A stretch of 64,000 bases of DNA from Psilocybe cubensis (lineage: Eukaryota), in contig CM039004.1 of assembly GCA_017499595.2 (NCBI GenBank), forward strand, positions 3,038,001 through 3,102,000. Reading direction: 5' to 3'. The notes under the pieces are model-generated. The model worked only from the letters and a program-made list of their open reading frames with translations. It was not told the DNA's origin and did no database searches. The stretch's first letter is position 1. The number at the start of each line of letters is the position of its first letter. The position numbers and the translations under genes were made by a program. Shown in pieces: positions 61,061 through 64,000 of the stretch.

Positions 61061-62514
61061 TCATCGTGTTACAGGCTTAAAGCTAGATACAGATGAAGGA
61101 GCTAGGTTGACCATGATAGCGTCGAGAGCATCCTTCTTATCTTGCTTCAAAACTTTGTCCATGCGCGGCTTAGGAAGAGAAGGAACTCGTCGAACAGCAA
61201 AAGATATCTTCCGCAGCCAGTGTGGAACGCCATATACGACAGCAGAAAGGACCCCGTCTTGTGGTCGAGAAAAGCGAGACCTGAGTGTGAGCTCGCTGAG
61301 ACCCTGGACAAGAATTTCGAATGCACGGTTCACTTGGCTCATGGTAGGCCTCTTTGTGTAGTCCTCTTGGGTCATTGCCATGATCAAAGGTCGCATGAAT
61401 TCAAAGCTTCCTTTGCGTTTACGGGTTACATTTGGAATTGAGTGACCCTAACAATTAATAAAATGTCAGTAATCGCCAACGTATCGAGAAAGATGTTTAC
61501 ATCTAAAAAGTAGTATCTGATCAGATTTCCGATATAAAAGACGTCCGTGGCGAATGGGTCTGGGGTATCCTCCGAGTCCAAAAGAAAATGAGATGTTGGA
61601 CTCTCTAGTCTGTACCGAACTGGGTCCAGTTTCTCTGTAAATTTATCCAGATCGCAATGTTGAGCTTGTTCATATCCAACTATGTAGTATTTCGCTGGTT
61701 TCTGCGTTCGTGTGCGATACCGAGCGCGTCCTTTTAGATCAACTGACTCATTCTTTCGGACGAAGTGATAGCCTTTCGGGTAAAGATCACGCGCGTCGAC
61801 CATGATGTTTTCGATGCATATATCCCTAACATCTAGTAAGCAATGGTATTCTTCCAACAGCCTACTTAGTCGATTTCAACATACCGGTGGGCAACTCCTT
61901 GCTTATGCATAAAATCAAGCCCCTGAATGGAATTTCAGCATTCTGAAGCAATGTGACTCCGAGAACGCACCTCAAATATTTGCCTAAAGCACTCGACGGC
62001 CTCTCCCACAGTATCAAACCGTGGAGAATCATACTCACGCAACAATGGCATCACAACAATAATCCAGCTCCTCTCGCTCGGCGGGTACAACGTGGCCAGC
62101 ACCGGTACGCAGTGATTGCGAGAACTAGATGCTAGGGACCCCGTCCCAAAGAACATCAGCATGTTGTGCTCGTTTGACCGCGACGTCCTCTTGATTCTTT
62201 TCAAAACCACTCTTGATCCGTCCGAAAGTTTGACAGCGTCGATAATCTGGTCGTACTGTCCATGGATTCAGTTATTGCCTATTCATATATGCCAAAGTAA
62301 CAAAACTCACAGGAAGCACCTGTCCATCCTCATATCGGTCTGGAGATGAATCATACTTCAGCCAGCTAGGAACCCAATCTGGCCTGTAGCGCTTTCGAAG
62401 CTCGTAGCCTTGGTCAACCAACCAGGGTTGAATGCCGCGCCAGAATATCTCTGCAGACGTTAGCCGCGCCTTGGTGAGTCTACAGTTAACGGCCGCAGGG
62501 TCAAACTTTGTCAT
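61061..62514 (-). CDS. Agaricomycete-expanded protein kinase-like protein, possibly a pseudokinase (multi-exon)
   Basis: GYELRKRYRPDWVPSW, VVLKR, RNHCVPVL, EAVECFRQIFE, VAHR/DICIENIMVD and DPFATDVFYIGN; the DFG position reads VGY. Confidence 0.8.
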
Positions 62515-64000
62515 CCTGGACAAGACGGAAGAAAAGAAGAGAATGACTATCTAACTAAACAATGCAGGTTATATACACGGCGTTAATTAGTCCACCGGAT
62601 AAAAGGGGTCTATAGCAACGCTAGTTCTTGTTGTTTTTGAGTGCATTGATTGATTGACACCAGAATAACGTACTTGCTTATACCGTTAAAATAAAAAGAA
62701 GCAGGTGATGTGACGTAGAAAGAAGTATTTGTCCTGTAGCACGACCGCCGACCGAATAGAAGAGGGTGGCCTAGTATACCAAAACAGCCAATATGACTTC
62801 TAGTTACATAGTCCAATGCTTATACTTCACCTTTAGTCACACTCAGTGATATACCTGTTCTTGGCAACCACACAAATTCTATTTTTATCGCGTTATTGTT
62901 CTCCGTTGGGTGGGCTCCATCACAGTTGGGATTGCAGTTGAATAAACACAGTACCGTAAGAAATGCCAAAATTGAGACAAAGTTTTAGAAACCAAACTTT
63001 CCAATGTGTTGACTCCTGTTAAAAGAGTTCATCACGTAGATTGTTTAACTGTTAGTCATTCCCAGGTAATATCTCAGGCCTAATACTTGTTAGACTAAGC
63101 TTTTTCTCTTTATCAGATAAGAATTTAATCCATCGCTTACTGGTGTCACTCAAATATGAATCCGAACCCGGCGTATACGACTTATGTACCTATCTCTTTC
63201 CACTCACGCGCGGCGTCAAAGTAGACGCGACCTCATCACGTGACGTAAAATGTTTGGTAATGCATTTGCACAGCCACTTGCATTTGCCCACTCCTTCAGT
63301 GAGTCATGGACAAGTCATAGAAGAATCACTAGAACTCTCCAACGTTGCTTCGTCTAACTGACTCGAGATGCTGCAAGGTGTTTTTATCGCCGACTAATTC
63401 GCAGAAGGATTGATTGGCGCCGGAAATCCACTTTCTAAATTCTAGCTCCTGTCCCACAAAATGTTGTGATGATCAACCTGAACTGTCGAAGACAGTCAGT
63501 GGCAGGCGTGGTAAGCTCCCAATGTGCACCATTCGAATTCATATATTGACAAGCTCCAAACCGAAACCATTAATGACAGTTAGGGACATGCCGAACCATT
63601 TATCTTTTTTTGAGATGCTATGAGACGGATTCCTTTCTTGTACTTGCTCGTTTCCTTCATCAGGCCTTGTAGATTCGCTTGTACACTTGAATGGTGCATC
63701 GCCTTCGTGGTAACCCTTCGGGTAGTACTTTCTGACCTTGCTTCAAATCGTATTGATGCAGTACAGGTTAGGTCAAAATTGGCGGTTCAAGATCATGTAG
63801 TCATCACCCGTTTTCTCCGTGCCGAATGGGGCTCGGGGTGAGGATACAGCTCCGACATAGGCCACGTACGGCCTTCTTACAGTTCTCAACGGTCATTCAA
63901 GGTCTTTTTCTCGCAAGGACCCCAATCCGTGCCGCGCGCGAGTCAATCTGACGAGGTTGCTGAGAAAAAATGCGATGAATATGACCCTCGGGTAGCACAC

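Noticed and set aside
63143-64000. Gene at the right edge of the window
   Set aside because: Only short, motif-less ORFs; I cannot support a call.

Overview
Eukaryotic, intron-rich fungal DNA; the gene families (FunK1 kinase, KDZ transposase remnant, Coprina-type element) point to an agaricomycete mushroom. From left to right: the 3' part of a Ty3/Gypsy LTR retrotransposon (pol, PPT, 3' LTR); a tandem DJ-1/PfpI trio (two intact, one pseudogene) with a tRNA-headed SINE between the first two; Sld3-like, FunK1 kinase and small secreted-protein genes; a ~25 kb TE-scarred, partly AT-rich zone (nested TIR elements, Cdt2/DTL-like WD40 gene, PDR ABC pseudogene, KDZ remnant, repeat-rich orphans, Zn2Cys6 protein, Rna15/CstF-64-like gene); a 100-N gap; a tandem array of an endonuclease-less Penelope-like (Coprina-type) retroelement capped by (TTTAGGG)n; then ordinary genes (ABC-F, thiolase, kinase-like). 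The most interesting system is that array (48172-55524). Each ~0.7 kb pseudo-LTR contains a type I hammerhead ribozyme that I could fold by eye, and the two complete copies also show a GCGAAGC/tandem-GA DNA hairpin. The 1177-aa ORF contains a 61-nt GC-AG intron that would switch output between a 365-aa Gag-like protein (spliced) and the RT fusion (retained). The terminal telomere tract is interstitial, ending ~150 bp from a housekeeping gene. All calls come from motif recognition without database searches, and exon boundaries of multi-intron genes are approximate.
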